NCBI GenBank assembly: GCA_030747125.1
Contig: JASLLI010000001.1
Location: 75,143-139,142, forward strand
Length of the DNA stretch: 64,000 nt
Reading direction: 5' to 3'
Origin: Fidelibacterota bacterium
GTDB taxonomy: Bacteria; Fidelibacterota; Marinisomatia; SCGC-AAA003-L08; D37C17
Shown: piece after piece, positions 38,949 to 47,476 of the stretch
Layout: every line of letters starts with the position of its first letter
How positions within the stretch are numbered: position 1 is the stretch's first letter
Notes under the pieces: model-generated
Told to the model about the DNA's origin: nothing
What the model saw: only the letters and a program-made list of their open reading frames with translations
The model's database searches: none
Translations under genes and position numbers: made by a program

Positions 38949-39900
38949 CAGTCCACCTCCCCATTTTATCATATTTAGTTATCCGGTTTGAAATTAATTC
39001 TTCCGGGCTGTATTTCTGTAAATCAGATACAGCTGAAATGACAGCCTCTTTTAAAATGAAAGCAGACTGATCATAATTCTGATGGGTTCCGCCTAATGGT
39101 TCCTCCAATATTTCATCTGCAATTCCCAGTTCTTTTAAATCTTTCGCAGTCACCATCATTGAATCAGCTGCTTCTGATGCGCGGGATGCATCTCGAAATA
39201 GAATTGATGCACATCCTTCAGGTGAAATGACAGAATACCAGGTATTTTCAAAACAGAGCAGTTTATCTGCAACTCCCACTCCCAATGCACCTCCTGAAGC
39301 ACCTTCACCGATCACCACAGAAACTATGGGCACCCTAAGTCGAGACATTTCAAATAAATTTCTTGCTATAGCCTCAGCCTGTCCGCGCTCCTCAGCCCCA
39401 AGTCCCGGATATGCTCCCGGTGTGTCTATTAGGGTGAGTACAGGAATTTTATATTTTTCCGCTAATTTCATAAGTCGAAGTGCTTTCCGATAACCCTCAG
39501 GACGCGCCATTCCAAAATTTCTGTGGAGCTTTGATTTTGTTCCTCTACCCTTTTCTTGTCCTATAATGAGTATTTTTAACTCATCTATTTTTGCTATACC
39601 GCAAATTATAGCAGGATCATCAGAAAAATATCTGTCACCATGCAATTCAAACCAATAATTGGTCATACGATTGATAAAGTCTGAGGTATAGGGCCGCTTT
39701 GGATGGCGGGCAAGCTGAACCCGTTCCCATCGAGAGAGGTTGGCGTAAATACGATTTTTTTCTGCTGCTAATTGTTCCTCCAACTGATGAATGCCATCCG
39801 TAATATCCATACCGGTTTTTATTCCTGTAGAACGCAGTTCATCAATTTTATCTTGAATTTCCCTTAAGGGTTGTTCAAAATCCAGGGTATATACTGACAT
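38941..39900 (-). CDS. accA: Acetyl-CoA carboxylase carboxyltransferase alpha subunit
   Basis: 319 aa. LDFEQPLREI..., ARHPKRPYT, IDTPGAYPGLGAEERGQAEAIARNL. Confidence 0.95.
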   Translation of the reverse strand: MSVYTLDFEQPLREIQDKIDELRSTGIKTGMDITDGIHQLEEQLAAEKNRIYANLSRWERVQLARHPKRPYTSDFINRMTNYWFELHGDRYFSDDPAIICGIAKIDELKILIIGQEKGRGTKSKLHRNFGMARPEGYRKALRLMKLAEKYKIPVLTLIDTPGAYPGLGAEERGQAEAIARNLFEMSRLRVPIVSVVIGEGASGGALGVGVADKLLCFENTWYSVISPEGCASILFRDASRASEAADSMMVTAKDLKELGIADEILEEPLGGTHQNYDQSAFILKEAVISAVSDLQKYSPEELISNRITKYDKMGRWTDG

Positions 39901-41951
39901 TATATTTTTATGATGGATTTAATTAAAATTTCTAAATCAAATATTACTGAATAATGCATGGCATAATACTGGTCATAAAAGCGTGGATCTTTAGCATTTG
40001 ATTGAGTAACCTGAGAGAGCCCTGTAATCCCCGGCTTAATCATAAGTCCGGGATCTTGTAAATCTGCACTTATCATTTCAGAACCAACAATACTCATATC
40101 TCCCTTCAATACTTGCATGAGTTGCGGTAGCATCCTCAAAATACGATTGGGGGTATTATATGTATAAATAAATATACATGCACTCCGGACTGTCCAAATT
40201 TTTTTTCTCAACACCTTACCTGATAGCAAAAAGAAAATATGTATGGGTAAAGTAATCAATAGAATTAAAGAAGCAATCAGGCGGTCAAATGATCTTTTTG
40301 TGAAAAAATGTAGTTTATTGAAAATGGGAAATTCAATATCCAACAGAGGCACACCTGGAATTTCTTCGATAAACCCCTTCCCTATGAGCATTTGCTGCCC
40401 TTTTGGAACTAATTTAAAGGCAACTTTACTCCCTTTAACTTTTTCCATAAGTTGAATTATTTTTTTTATACCCAGAAGCTCCCCGGGAATAATAATTTCA
40501 TGCAGTTGATAATTTGAGACTATCCCCTGAATATCTTTTGATCTTCCCAAAACCTGATATGTTGAATTATTCAACTTTTTTTCACCAATATAACCCAGCA
40601 GCTGAATACCCGATTGGGGAGCATTTGAAATTGCTTCTCCTATTTTTGTAGATATTTCTCCATTCCCATAGACTGCCGCATTGCGCGTGAATAAGGGGGA
40701 TTGTTCCAATACCTGTATTTTCCTGAATTTATACAATAGATACACCATTATTCTCCAAGACGCCGTAAAAAATGCAATGTTCAGACAAGATATTACAAGC
40801 ACTGCTCTTGAATAGGCGAAAAATTCAAATAAATAGGTAGTAGTTGCAGCAATAAAAAAAGACACACCTGCTGTAAATATGGCTCTAACATAAGACATTA
40901 TATTTTTATGATATAATTTTAAAAATATTGATACAAGGTACCATGAAACAGAAATATCCAAAAGCAGAGGCCAATAGGTAAACACATTAATTTCTGACAT
41001 GGGAGTTCCATAGTACAACCTAAACCAGAAAACGGATGCAATAATAAATCCCCCAGTTATGGAAACGGCATCCAAAAAGGCTGCAATCGTGTGAGTGGTT
41101 ACAGATTTCAGGTAGGCTGTCAGTTGATGAAGATAGCTGCCAAGAGAGACTATTGGCTGCATGATTCTCCAGGACAAACGGTCTTTTCTGTGTTTTTTAT
41201 AGAAATTTCGTAATGCAGAATAGAAGATTGTAACCATATCCATTGGTGCATTTTTTACTGACTCACCTTTGTAATGAATGATGGTAGTATTGGGATTATA
41301 GACTATTTTATAACCCAATTTTGATATCCGGTAACTGAGATCCAAATCTTCACCATACATGAAAAATGATTCATCAAAATATCCCACCTTGTCTAAGATT
41401 TCCCTTCTTATCATCATGCAGGAACCGGAAACAGCTTCTACTTCATGTATTTCATTTTCATCAAGATATGTTAAATTGTACTTTCCAAATCGACTGTTTT
41501 TTGGGAATAATTTGCTCAATCCCGTAAGCTTATAAAAGGCAGACTGTAAACCAGGAATGCTCCGTTTGCAGGCCAATTGCAAACTACCATCAGGATTTAC
41601 GATTTTTGGTCCCAAACAGCCAATTTCGGGGTGAGTATCATAATATGTCAGCAATGTTGAGAGGGAATCGTGACTCAATAATGTGTCAGGATTTAAAATG
41701 CAGACATATTTGCCTTTGGCTATTTTGATACCCTGATTTACCGCCTTTGCGAAACCAACATTCTCCAAATTATGGTTCACCTTAACCTGAGGAAATTCGT
41801 CTTTTACTATTTGGTATGAGTCATCAAATGAATAATTATCTATGACAATTACTTCATATGTATTGATCTCATCAGATTGAAAAATACTCTGCAAACATTG
41901 ACGGAGATATCCGCCAACATTATAGCTTACAATTATTATGGATAAATTCAA
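39900..41951 (-). CDS. Fusion protein: N-terminal GT2 glycosyltransferase plus WbaP-like polytopic phosphoglycosyl-transferase module with degenerate catalytic motifs
   Basis: 683 aa. Residues about 1-270 are GT-A (IIIVSYN, ILNPDT, YGEDLDLSYR). These are followed by about 5 TM helices, a Rossmann-like segment, and a sugar-transferase C-terminus (FFTKRSFDRLIASLILLITLP...LKGDMSIVG...PGITGLSQV). Confidence 0.75.
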   Translation of the reverse strand: MNLSIIIVSYNVGGYLRQCLQSIFQSDEINTYEVIVIDNYSFDDSYQIVKDEFPQVKVNHNLENVGFAKAVNQGIKIAKGKYVCILNPDTLLSHDSLSTLLTYYDTHPEIGCLGPKIVNPDGSLQLACKRSIPGLQSAFYKLTGLSKLFPKNSRFGKYNLTYLDENEIHEVEAVSGSCMMIRREILDKVGYFDESFFMYGEDLDLSYRISKLGYKIVYNPNTTIIHYKGESVKNAPMDMVTIFYSALRNFYKKHRKDRLSWRIMQPIVSLGSYLHQLTAYLKSVTTHTIAAFLDAVSITGGFIIASVFWFRLYYGTPMSEINVFTYWPLLLDISVSWYLVSIFLKLYHKNIMSYVRAIFTAGVSFFIAATTTYLFEFFAYSRAVLVISCLNIAFFTASWRIMVYLLYKFRKIQVLEQSPLFTRNAAVYGNGEISTKIGEAISNAPQSGIQLLGYIGEKKLNNSTYQVLGRSKDIQGIVSNYQLHEIIIPGELLGIKKIIQLMEKVKGSKVAFKLVPKGQQMLIGKGFIEEIPGVPLLDIEFPIFNKLHFFTKRSFDRLIASLILLITLPIHIFFLLSGKVLRKKIWTVRSACIFIYTYNTPNRILRMLPQLMQVLKGDMSIVGSEMISADLQDPGLMIKPGITGLSQVTQSNAKDPRFYDQYYAMHYSVIFDLEILIKSIIKI

Positions 41952-42664
41952 TAAATTCGAAAGAGTTTTCTTATGAGTAATTTAGGAACCATCCAAATGG
42001 CTTCGATAACAATTCCTCTATTCATTTTAGACTCACCAACCGTTCTGTCTGTGAATACAATGGGAATTTCTTTTATTTGAAATCCTTTAATCCATGAGAG
42101 GAAATTTATTTCAATTTGAAATGAGTAGCCCTCTGAATGAATAGCATTTAGGTTTATTGCCTGCAGTACCTTTTTTTTGAAACATTTGAATCCGCCTGTT
42201 GAATCAGTGATGGGAAACCTGATAACAAACCGGGCATACCAATTAGCCAGATAACTTAAGATGAGCCTGCGCATTGGCCAATTCACCACATTCACGCCCA
42301 CAATATATCGGCTGCCCACCACTACCTCTGCACCTTCTTTTGCAGTTTCGAACATTCGGGGTACATCTTCAGGATTATGGGATAAATCTGCGTCCATCTG
42401 TACTATTAAGTCATAGCCCTTGTCCAATGCCCATTTGAATCCACAGCAATAGGCAGTACCAAGACCAAGTTTTCCTTCCCTTTCAATAAGATTGATTTTT
42501 GAGTTTTCCAATGCTAATTCTTTAACAATAATACCAGTCCCGTCAGGAGAATTATCATCTATGATGAGAATATCTACGTCTTCTGCTACTGCAGAAAGTT
42601 GACTAATAAACTCACGAATGTTTTTACTCTCGTTATAGGTTGGAGATATGATTAGTTTTTTCAT
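41948..42664 (-). CDS. Polyprenol-phosphate mannosyl/glycosyl-transferase-like GT2 (Ppm1/DPM1-like)
   Basis: 238 aa. ISPTYNESKNI, ILIIDDNSPDGT, QMDADLSHNPEDVPRM. Confidence 0.85.
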   Translation of the reverse strand: MKKLIISPTYNESKNIREFISQLSAVAEDVDILIIDDNSPDGTGIIVKELALENSKINLIEREGKLGLGTAYCCGFKWALDKGYDLIVQMDADLSHNPEDVPRMFETAKEGAEVVVGSRYIVGVNVVNWPMRRLILSYLANWYARFVIRFPITDSTGGFKCFKKKVLQAINLNAIHSEGYSFQIEINFLSWIKGFQIKEIPIVFTDRTVGESKMNRGIVIEAIWMVPKLLIRKLFRIY

Positions 42665-43563
42665 TATAGCAAGCGTTTTAATCTTTTCAGATTATACTCA
42701 GTGGATTGTACGGTTAAATTAGCATTCTTTTCTATTTTTGTAGTTTTTAGTCCGCTATGTTTTGGTCTTTCCGCAACATAATTGGGAATATTCTTTGCAA
42801 GCTGAGCCGTACTCACCGGTGAGATTAATGATGTATCCATTTTAAAATTTTTTGCTATATTGAGCGCAAATTCATAGCGGCTCAGGAAGTCTTCACTCCC
42901 TACATGAAATACACCTTCACATTTCATTACCATTGCCTGGAAAATGGCTTTTACAAATTCACTTATTAAAGTGGGATTTGAAACTTGATCATCCACCACT
43001 GCAATTGGCTTGTTCTTCAATAATGATGTGTAAACCCATGCGAAAAAATTACTCTTGCAGAATAAATCTTCACTAAACAGAACATTACCTCTAAAAATGA
43101 GATGTTTTCTCTGTGCCCCTCTTAATAAATTTTCAGCTTCTAATTTGGTTTTTCCATAATAATTTACAGGGAAGGTGTGATCAGTTTCTGCATAGGGCCC
43201 ATCTTTCCCATTAAAGACATAATCTGAAGAAATTTGGACAATACATGCGTCCTTCTCAGAAAATTGAATGAGATTCCGCAGCCCATTTACATTCACATCG
43301 TGTGCTTTGTCCTTTTGTATTTCACATCCATCCACATTGGTATATGCTGCACAATTAATGATAATGTGTGGTTTAAATTCTCCAAGGATAGAGTTGACTG
43401 TACTTCTATTTGCAATATCTAAAGATATTACATTTCGTTTCTTTTTTGCTGCTGAGGAAGGTTTTCGAGCCGTTGCAAGAAGCTCATATTTTTCTGCAAA
43501 TTGAAATTGGATTGCCTTCCCTAATTGACCTTCCGCACCAGTGATGAGTAGTCTTTTTGCCAA
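42664..43563 (-). CDS. dTDP-4-dehydrorhamnose reductase-like SDR (RfbD family)
   Basis: 299 aa. LLITGAEGQLG Rossmann motif and YGKTKLEAE (YxxxK). Confidence 0.75.
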   Translation of the reverse strand: MAKRLLITGAEGQLGKAIQFQFAEKYELLATARKPSSAAKKKRNVISLDIANRSTVNSILGEFKPHIIINCAAYTNVDGCEIQKDKAHDVNVNGLRNLIQFSEKDACIVQISSDYVFNGKDGPYAETDHTFPVNYYGKTKLEAENLLRGAQRKHLIFRGNVLFSEDLFCKSNFFAWVYTSLLKNKPIAVVDDQVSNPTLISEFVKAIFQAMVMKCEGVFHVGSEDFLSRYEFALNIAKNFKMDTSLISPVSTAQLAKNIPNYVAERPKHSGLKTTKIEKNANLTVQSTEYNLKRLKRLL

Positions 43564-44025
43564 TTAAAGCTTTGCACCATTATTTTTGAATTCTGTGAGT
43601 TTACCTCTAACTGCATTATTATTAAGAGAAATAATCTCAGCGGTGAGAATTGCTGCATTTATAGCCCCAGCTTTTCCTACTGCCATGGTAGCAACTGGTA
43701 CTCCTTTTGGCATTTGCACCGTTGACATGAGTGCATCAAGTCCGTCTTCTATTCCACCACCGAGGGGAATACCAATTACAGGCAGCGTAGAGTGTGCCTT
43801 CAATGCACCAGCCAGATGTGCTGCCATGCCTGCAGCTCCAATGAGCACACTATAACCATTATCCCTTGCAGATGTTGCAAATTCAGCCACTTGGGCAGGA
43901 TTTCGATGGGCAGACATAACCCGTAAGTCCATTTCAATATCAAAATAGTCAAAATATTTTTTTGAAGCTTCTATGGTTGCTCTATCAGTTTCTGAACCTA
44001 TAAGTATAGCAGCTTTCCCATTCAT
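43564..44025 (-). CDS. purE: 5-(carboxyamino)imidazole ribonucleotide mutase
   Basis: 153 aa. [30 protein letters not shown] motifs. Confidence 0.94.
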   Translation of the reverse strand: MNGKAAILIGSETDRATIEASKKYFDYFDIEMDLRVMSAHRNPAQVAEFATSARDNGYSVLIGAAGMAAHLAGALKAHSTLPVIGIPLGGGIEDGLDALMSTVQMPKGVPVATMAVGKAGAINAAILTAEIISLNNNAVRGKLTEFKNNGAKL

Positions 44026-45006
44026 TTATGTATTTCCTTTCTTGTGTATTGTTTTAGCTATGATTTCTAATTGTTTTAATAACATTAATTTTTCTCGACC
44101 CGGATAGTTGACAAATCCACTAACTAAAATTACCTCATCAGATGAATCAGTATCAAATATATAAACAAAAAACGGACCTCCGCTTTCACTTTCACCGTGT
44201 TCATACATTCCTCTTATCAGTGGAATAGATTTATCACCCATTTTAACTTTGTCATTTTGTTTGAAATATTGACTGATAGTAATTTCAGGAATATGGATAC
44301 TAAAATCAGTCTCTAATTGTATCCAGGCAGACGCAGGGTTTAAGTACAACTCTCTATTTGATTTATGCAAAGTTAACCAGCGATACGGATATCCTCTGCC
44401 GGTCCAAATGAATTGTTTCAAGGAGTCACGGCGAATTTCCTGAAAGTCGGGTTGAAAATCAAGGGTATAGCCCAAAAGCAGAGCTGTTGATGCAGACAAC
44501 TCTTCATTAATACCGTGCTTATAAACGTTTGTAGTCATCTTATTATTAAAGGAGTTTTGGTATTGAGAGAAAATCCAGGCACCATTACTTTCAATTTCTT
44601 TCTGAAGTGCAATACCATCTACACTATGAAGCCCTGTAACGATTTGTTGGTTAGCATACAGGTTTTCCAAATTAAATATGGAATGATAAATATTTTGCGA
44701 TAACAACAATTTTTGCATAAGTAAATCACCTGTAGAATCCGCAGGATAATCCAGTGATATAATAAGCAAATTTGCAAAATGCTTATATTCTTCTAACTGC
44801 CAGGGCGATTTATAGATTAGTTTAAATTCATATTCTTTCTGAGGAGTATTTATGTAGGTAGAAAAAAGTTCTCCAAGTAAAGGTTCACAATAGGGTTTAT
44901 CTTCCGGAGATACAAAAATGAAAATTTCATTTTCAACTCCTTTAGCATCAGGCTTGAATGAACATGAGACTACTATGTACAGCAACATAATTATTGCTTT
45001 TGACAT
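44026..45006 (-). CDS. Hypothetical lipoprotein (possibly DUF4837-like)
   Basis: 326 aa. Signal peptide with lipobox-like VVSC. No catalytic motif recognised. The DUF4837 assignment comes from remembered sequence pattern only. Confidence 0.45.
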   Translation of the reverse strand: MSKAIIMLLYIVVSCSFKPDAKGVENEIFIFVSPEDKPYCEPLLGELFSTYINTPQKEYEFKLIYKSPWQLEEYKHFANLLIISLDYPADSTGDLLMQKLLLSQNIYHSIFNLENLYANQQIVTGLHSVDGIALQKEIESNGAWIFSQYQNSFNNKMTTNVYKHGINEELSASTALLLGYTLDFQPDFQEIRRDSLKQFIWTGRGYPYRWLTLHKSNRELYLNPASAWIQLETDFSIHIPEITISQYFKQNDKVKMGDKSIPLIRGMYEHGESESGGPFFVYIFDTDSSDEVILVSGFVNYPGREKLMLLKQLEIIAKTIHKKGNT

Positions 45007-45866
45007 AATAATAGAATTGAGGATGAATATTTAGGTCCACGAATTGCTGTATAAATCCAAGCATATAGGGTAATAAAAAAAGCCTTGATTAACTTAATGG
45101 GATTTAAGGGGGTGAGAGATAAGAGAATATTATATGGTGCATCCTGAAACATGGAATATTTTCTTATAACCGTTAATTTATATTTTTCACATATGTCTTC
45201 AAGTGATTGCAGGTTAAAATGGTATAAATGGCGGGGAGCATCATAAGGTGCCCATGCACTGCGGAAAATTTTTCTTTCAGGAGCATTTAAATTGGGAACT
45301 GCAATTGCTGCAACTCCGCCCTCAACTAATTTTTCAGAAATGTAAGTAAAAACAAAATCTACATCATGGATATGTTCAAGAGAATGCCACAAGGTAATTA
45401 CACTGAATTCCACATCATCGGGAATTTGTTTTACATGTCGATACGATTGGATAGTATTTGATATTAAGGTGCGTTTAATGGTTGAATGGTCATCTTGAAA
45501 ATACACATACCAGTTTTTTTCAGCCATATAATTAGCAAATTCACCTTGCCCACCACCTATGTCAAGAAGAAAGCCGAGTTCCTCAAAGGGTAGAATTTTT
45601 CTATACTTCCACTTTAAAGTTACAGTTTGGACAAATTTATATACGCTGTCCCATACATTCCCTTGCTTTTCATGGTGGGGGTCATAATCAGGTACATTGT
45701 AATAATTTTGTATTTCTGTCTGAGTAGGACGAGGATTGAGAAAAACGAAGCCACAGGTACATCTTACAAGGTGAAATGTATTTTCATTTTCTCCTAATCT
45801 GTCAAAGACTGTTTCAAAAGGAGATTGTGACTGTTTCCCGCAAATAACACAATCAATACTTTCCAT
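44991..45866 (-). CDS. Class I SAM-dependent methyltransferase with N-terminal Cys4 zinc-ribbon
   Basis: 291 aa. CVICG...CTCG ribbon. SAM motif I LLDIGGGQGEF. Confidence 0.75.
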   Translation of the reverse strand: MESIDCVICGKQSQSPFETVFDRLGENENTFHLVRCTCGFVFLNPRPTQTEIQNYYNVPDYDPHHEKQGNVWDSVYKFVQTVTLKWKYRKILPFEELGFLLDIGGGQGEFANYMAEKNWYVYFQDDHSTIKRTLISNTIQSYRHVKQIPDDVEFSVITLWHSLEHIHDVDFVFTYISEKLVEGGVAAIAVPNLNAPERKIFRSAWAPYDAPRHLYHFNLQSLEDICEKYKLTVIRKYSMFQDAPYNILLSLTPLNPIKLIKAFFITLYAWIYTAIRGPKYSSSILLLCQKQ

Positions 45867-45875
45867 TGAAACAGA

Positions 45876-46703
45876 TCAGGATTCCTTTACGGAAGAATAT
45901 TTTGCTTCTCTTCTGAATTTCCACATAAACCAGGTTCCTACCGCCATCATGATAATTGATATAAGTTGGGCACCCGATAAATCAAATATATACTTCGTAT
46001 TGGTACGAATAAATTCAACCATAAATCGAGCAAAGCCTGCAAGAAAAAGATATTCAAACATCAGTTCACCACTAAAATCCTGATGTTTTTTTCTGTAGCG
46101 CAGAAAAAAGAAAATGGATAAATAAGCCGTCATTTCATAAAGCTGTGTTGGATGAACAGGAATTGTAGTGGGAGGCAGCCCATTGGGGAAGGTACACGCC
46201 CAGGGTACATTTGTTGGAATGCCATAATCATCACCAACCAAAAAACAACCAATTCTGCCAATTCCATGTCCCAATGCTAAAAAGGGTGCAACCCAATCTG
46301 CAACCTGGAGCCATTTTAATTTTTTCTTATGTAAATATAAACTTACAGCCAGCATTCCTCCCATGAGACCGCCTAAGAAAACCAACCCTGCTCCAAAATT
46401 TTGAATTCCATCAGCAATACGAGATGCGGAAAAGGTGAATATTCCTGCAATTATATTTACCAGACCGGTGATATTGTTTGCAGCTTCCCCAGTCGGGATG
46501 GTTTCAATTAGATAGTATATTTTAGCACCCAAAATACCACCAATGGCAGCTCTGAAAGTAATATCTTCTGCAATAATTGGATCAAAACCATCTGCAACTA
46601 CATCTTTCTTCAGCAGGTAATTTCCTAACAAAAACGCTACTACCATCATCACTCCGAAAGATGATATGACAAATGGTCCAAGTTCGAAAAGTACAGGATA
46701 CAT
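45876..46703 (-). CDS. lgt: Prolipoprotein diacylglyceryl transferase
   Basis: 275 aa. GIGRIGCFLVGDDYG and HPTQLYE motifs. Confidence 0.94.
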   Translation of the reverse strand: MYPVLFELGPFVISSFGVMMVVAFLLGNYLLKKDVVADGFDPIIAEDITFRAAIGGILGAKIYYLIETIPTGEAANNITGLVNIIAGIFTFSASRIADGIQNFGAGLVFLGGLMGGMLAVSLYLHKKKLKWLQVADWVAPFLALGHGIGRIGCFLVGDDYGIPTNVPWACTFPNGLPPTTIPVHPTQLYEMTAYLSIFFFLRYRKKHQDFSGELMFEYLFLAGFARFMVEFIRTNTKYIFDLSGAQLISIIMMAVGTWFMWKFRREAKYSSVKES

Positions 46704-46735
46704 TTAATTTTCCCTTTTAATCAATTTTTGTAAAA

Positions 46736-47476
46736 TCAAGCGTGATCTAATATAATCGGCAGACTAATAATTGCCATATCATAAAATATATGGGTATAAA
46801 CTACAATACCCAACCCTCTTGCAATATACAATGCTCCCAAAAATATTCCTGCTATACTGCGCAGGATAAATCCTTTATAAGTGAAGATATCACCATATTG
46901 TCCGATATAATGAAATAATGAGAAAAGTACAGCGGAGATGAATATTGCAATACACACAGAAAAGAATTGTGAATATCCCATTCCTAATTCAATAAGGAAA
47001 GAGACTAAAGCTATTGCCCCTGCCCGAAATAATAACTCCTCCCATATTCCTGCACCAATTGCCAGATAAAATTGTTCAGGAATCACATTTCGCTGCATCA
47101 CAGAAAGAATCATATTTTCAGAGAAACTCATCACCATGATAAAGCCTGTGGTCCAAATTAAACTCTCAAGAAACATAAAAACCAAAAATGAGATTTTTAA
47201 TCTTCCTTGTTCAATTACAGATCGGTTATACCAGAGCATCACCAAGAATATCATGATCAGGAGAGCACCATAAACTATTTCTGATAAATTCCCAAACCCA
47301 AAAAACAGTTGCCGTAGAAATACATCTGCACCATTTCTAATTTCATAAGAAGATTCAAAATACTGTATCCAACACATACTTTCATATAAAAATAGCATGG
47401 GGAGTATAAAAAGTATCGAATAGAAAATATTACCCGTTGTTTTCCAGTAGGACAGTGTTAGATATTTATCAGTCAT
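46736..47476 (-). CDS. CPBP-family intramembrane glutamic endopeptidase
   Basis: 246 aa. EELLFRAG and FSLFHY motifs. Confidence 0.8.
   Translation of the reverse strand: MTDKYLTLSYWKTTGNIFYSILFILPMLFLYESMCWIQYFESSYEIRNGADVFLRQLFFGFGNLSEIVYGALLIMIFLVMLWYNRSVIEQGRLKISFLVFMFLESLIWTTGFIMVMSFSENMILSVMQRNVIPEQFYLAIGAGIWEELLFRAGAIALVSFLIELGMGYSQFFSVCIAIFISAVLFSLFHYIGQYGDIFTYKGFILRSIAGIFLGALYIARGLGIVVYTHIFYDMAIISLPIILDHA

Noticed and set aside
40195-40210. A8 homopolymer in the coding strand of the GT2-PGT fusion, just before the degenerate catalytic region. I considered it as a frameshift site that might hide an intact PGT motif.
   Set aside because: I translated the two alternative frames downstream of the tract. 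Both hit stop codons within about 16-23 codons (KKNLDSPECMYIYLYI* and KKFGQSGVHVYLFIHIIPPIVF*) and do not recreate KFRTM or DELPQL motifs. The annotated frame rejoins conserved KGDMS and PGITG motifs.
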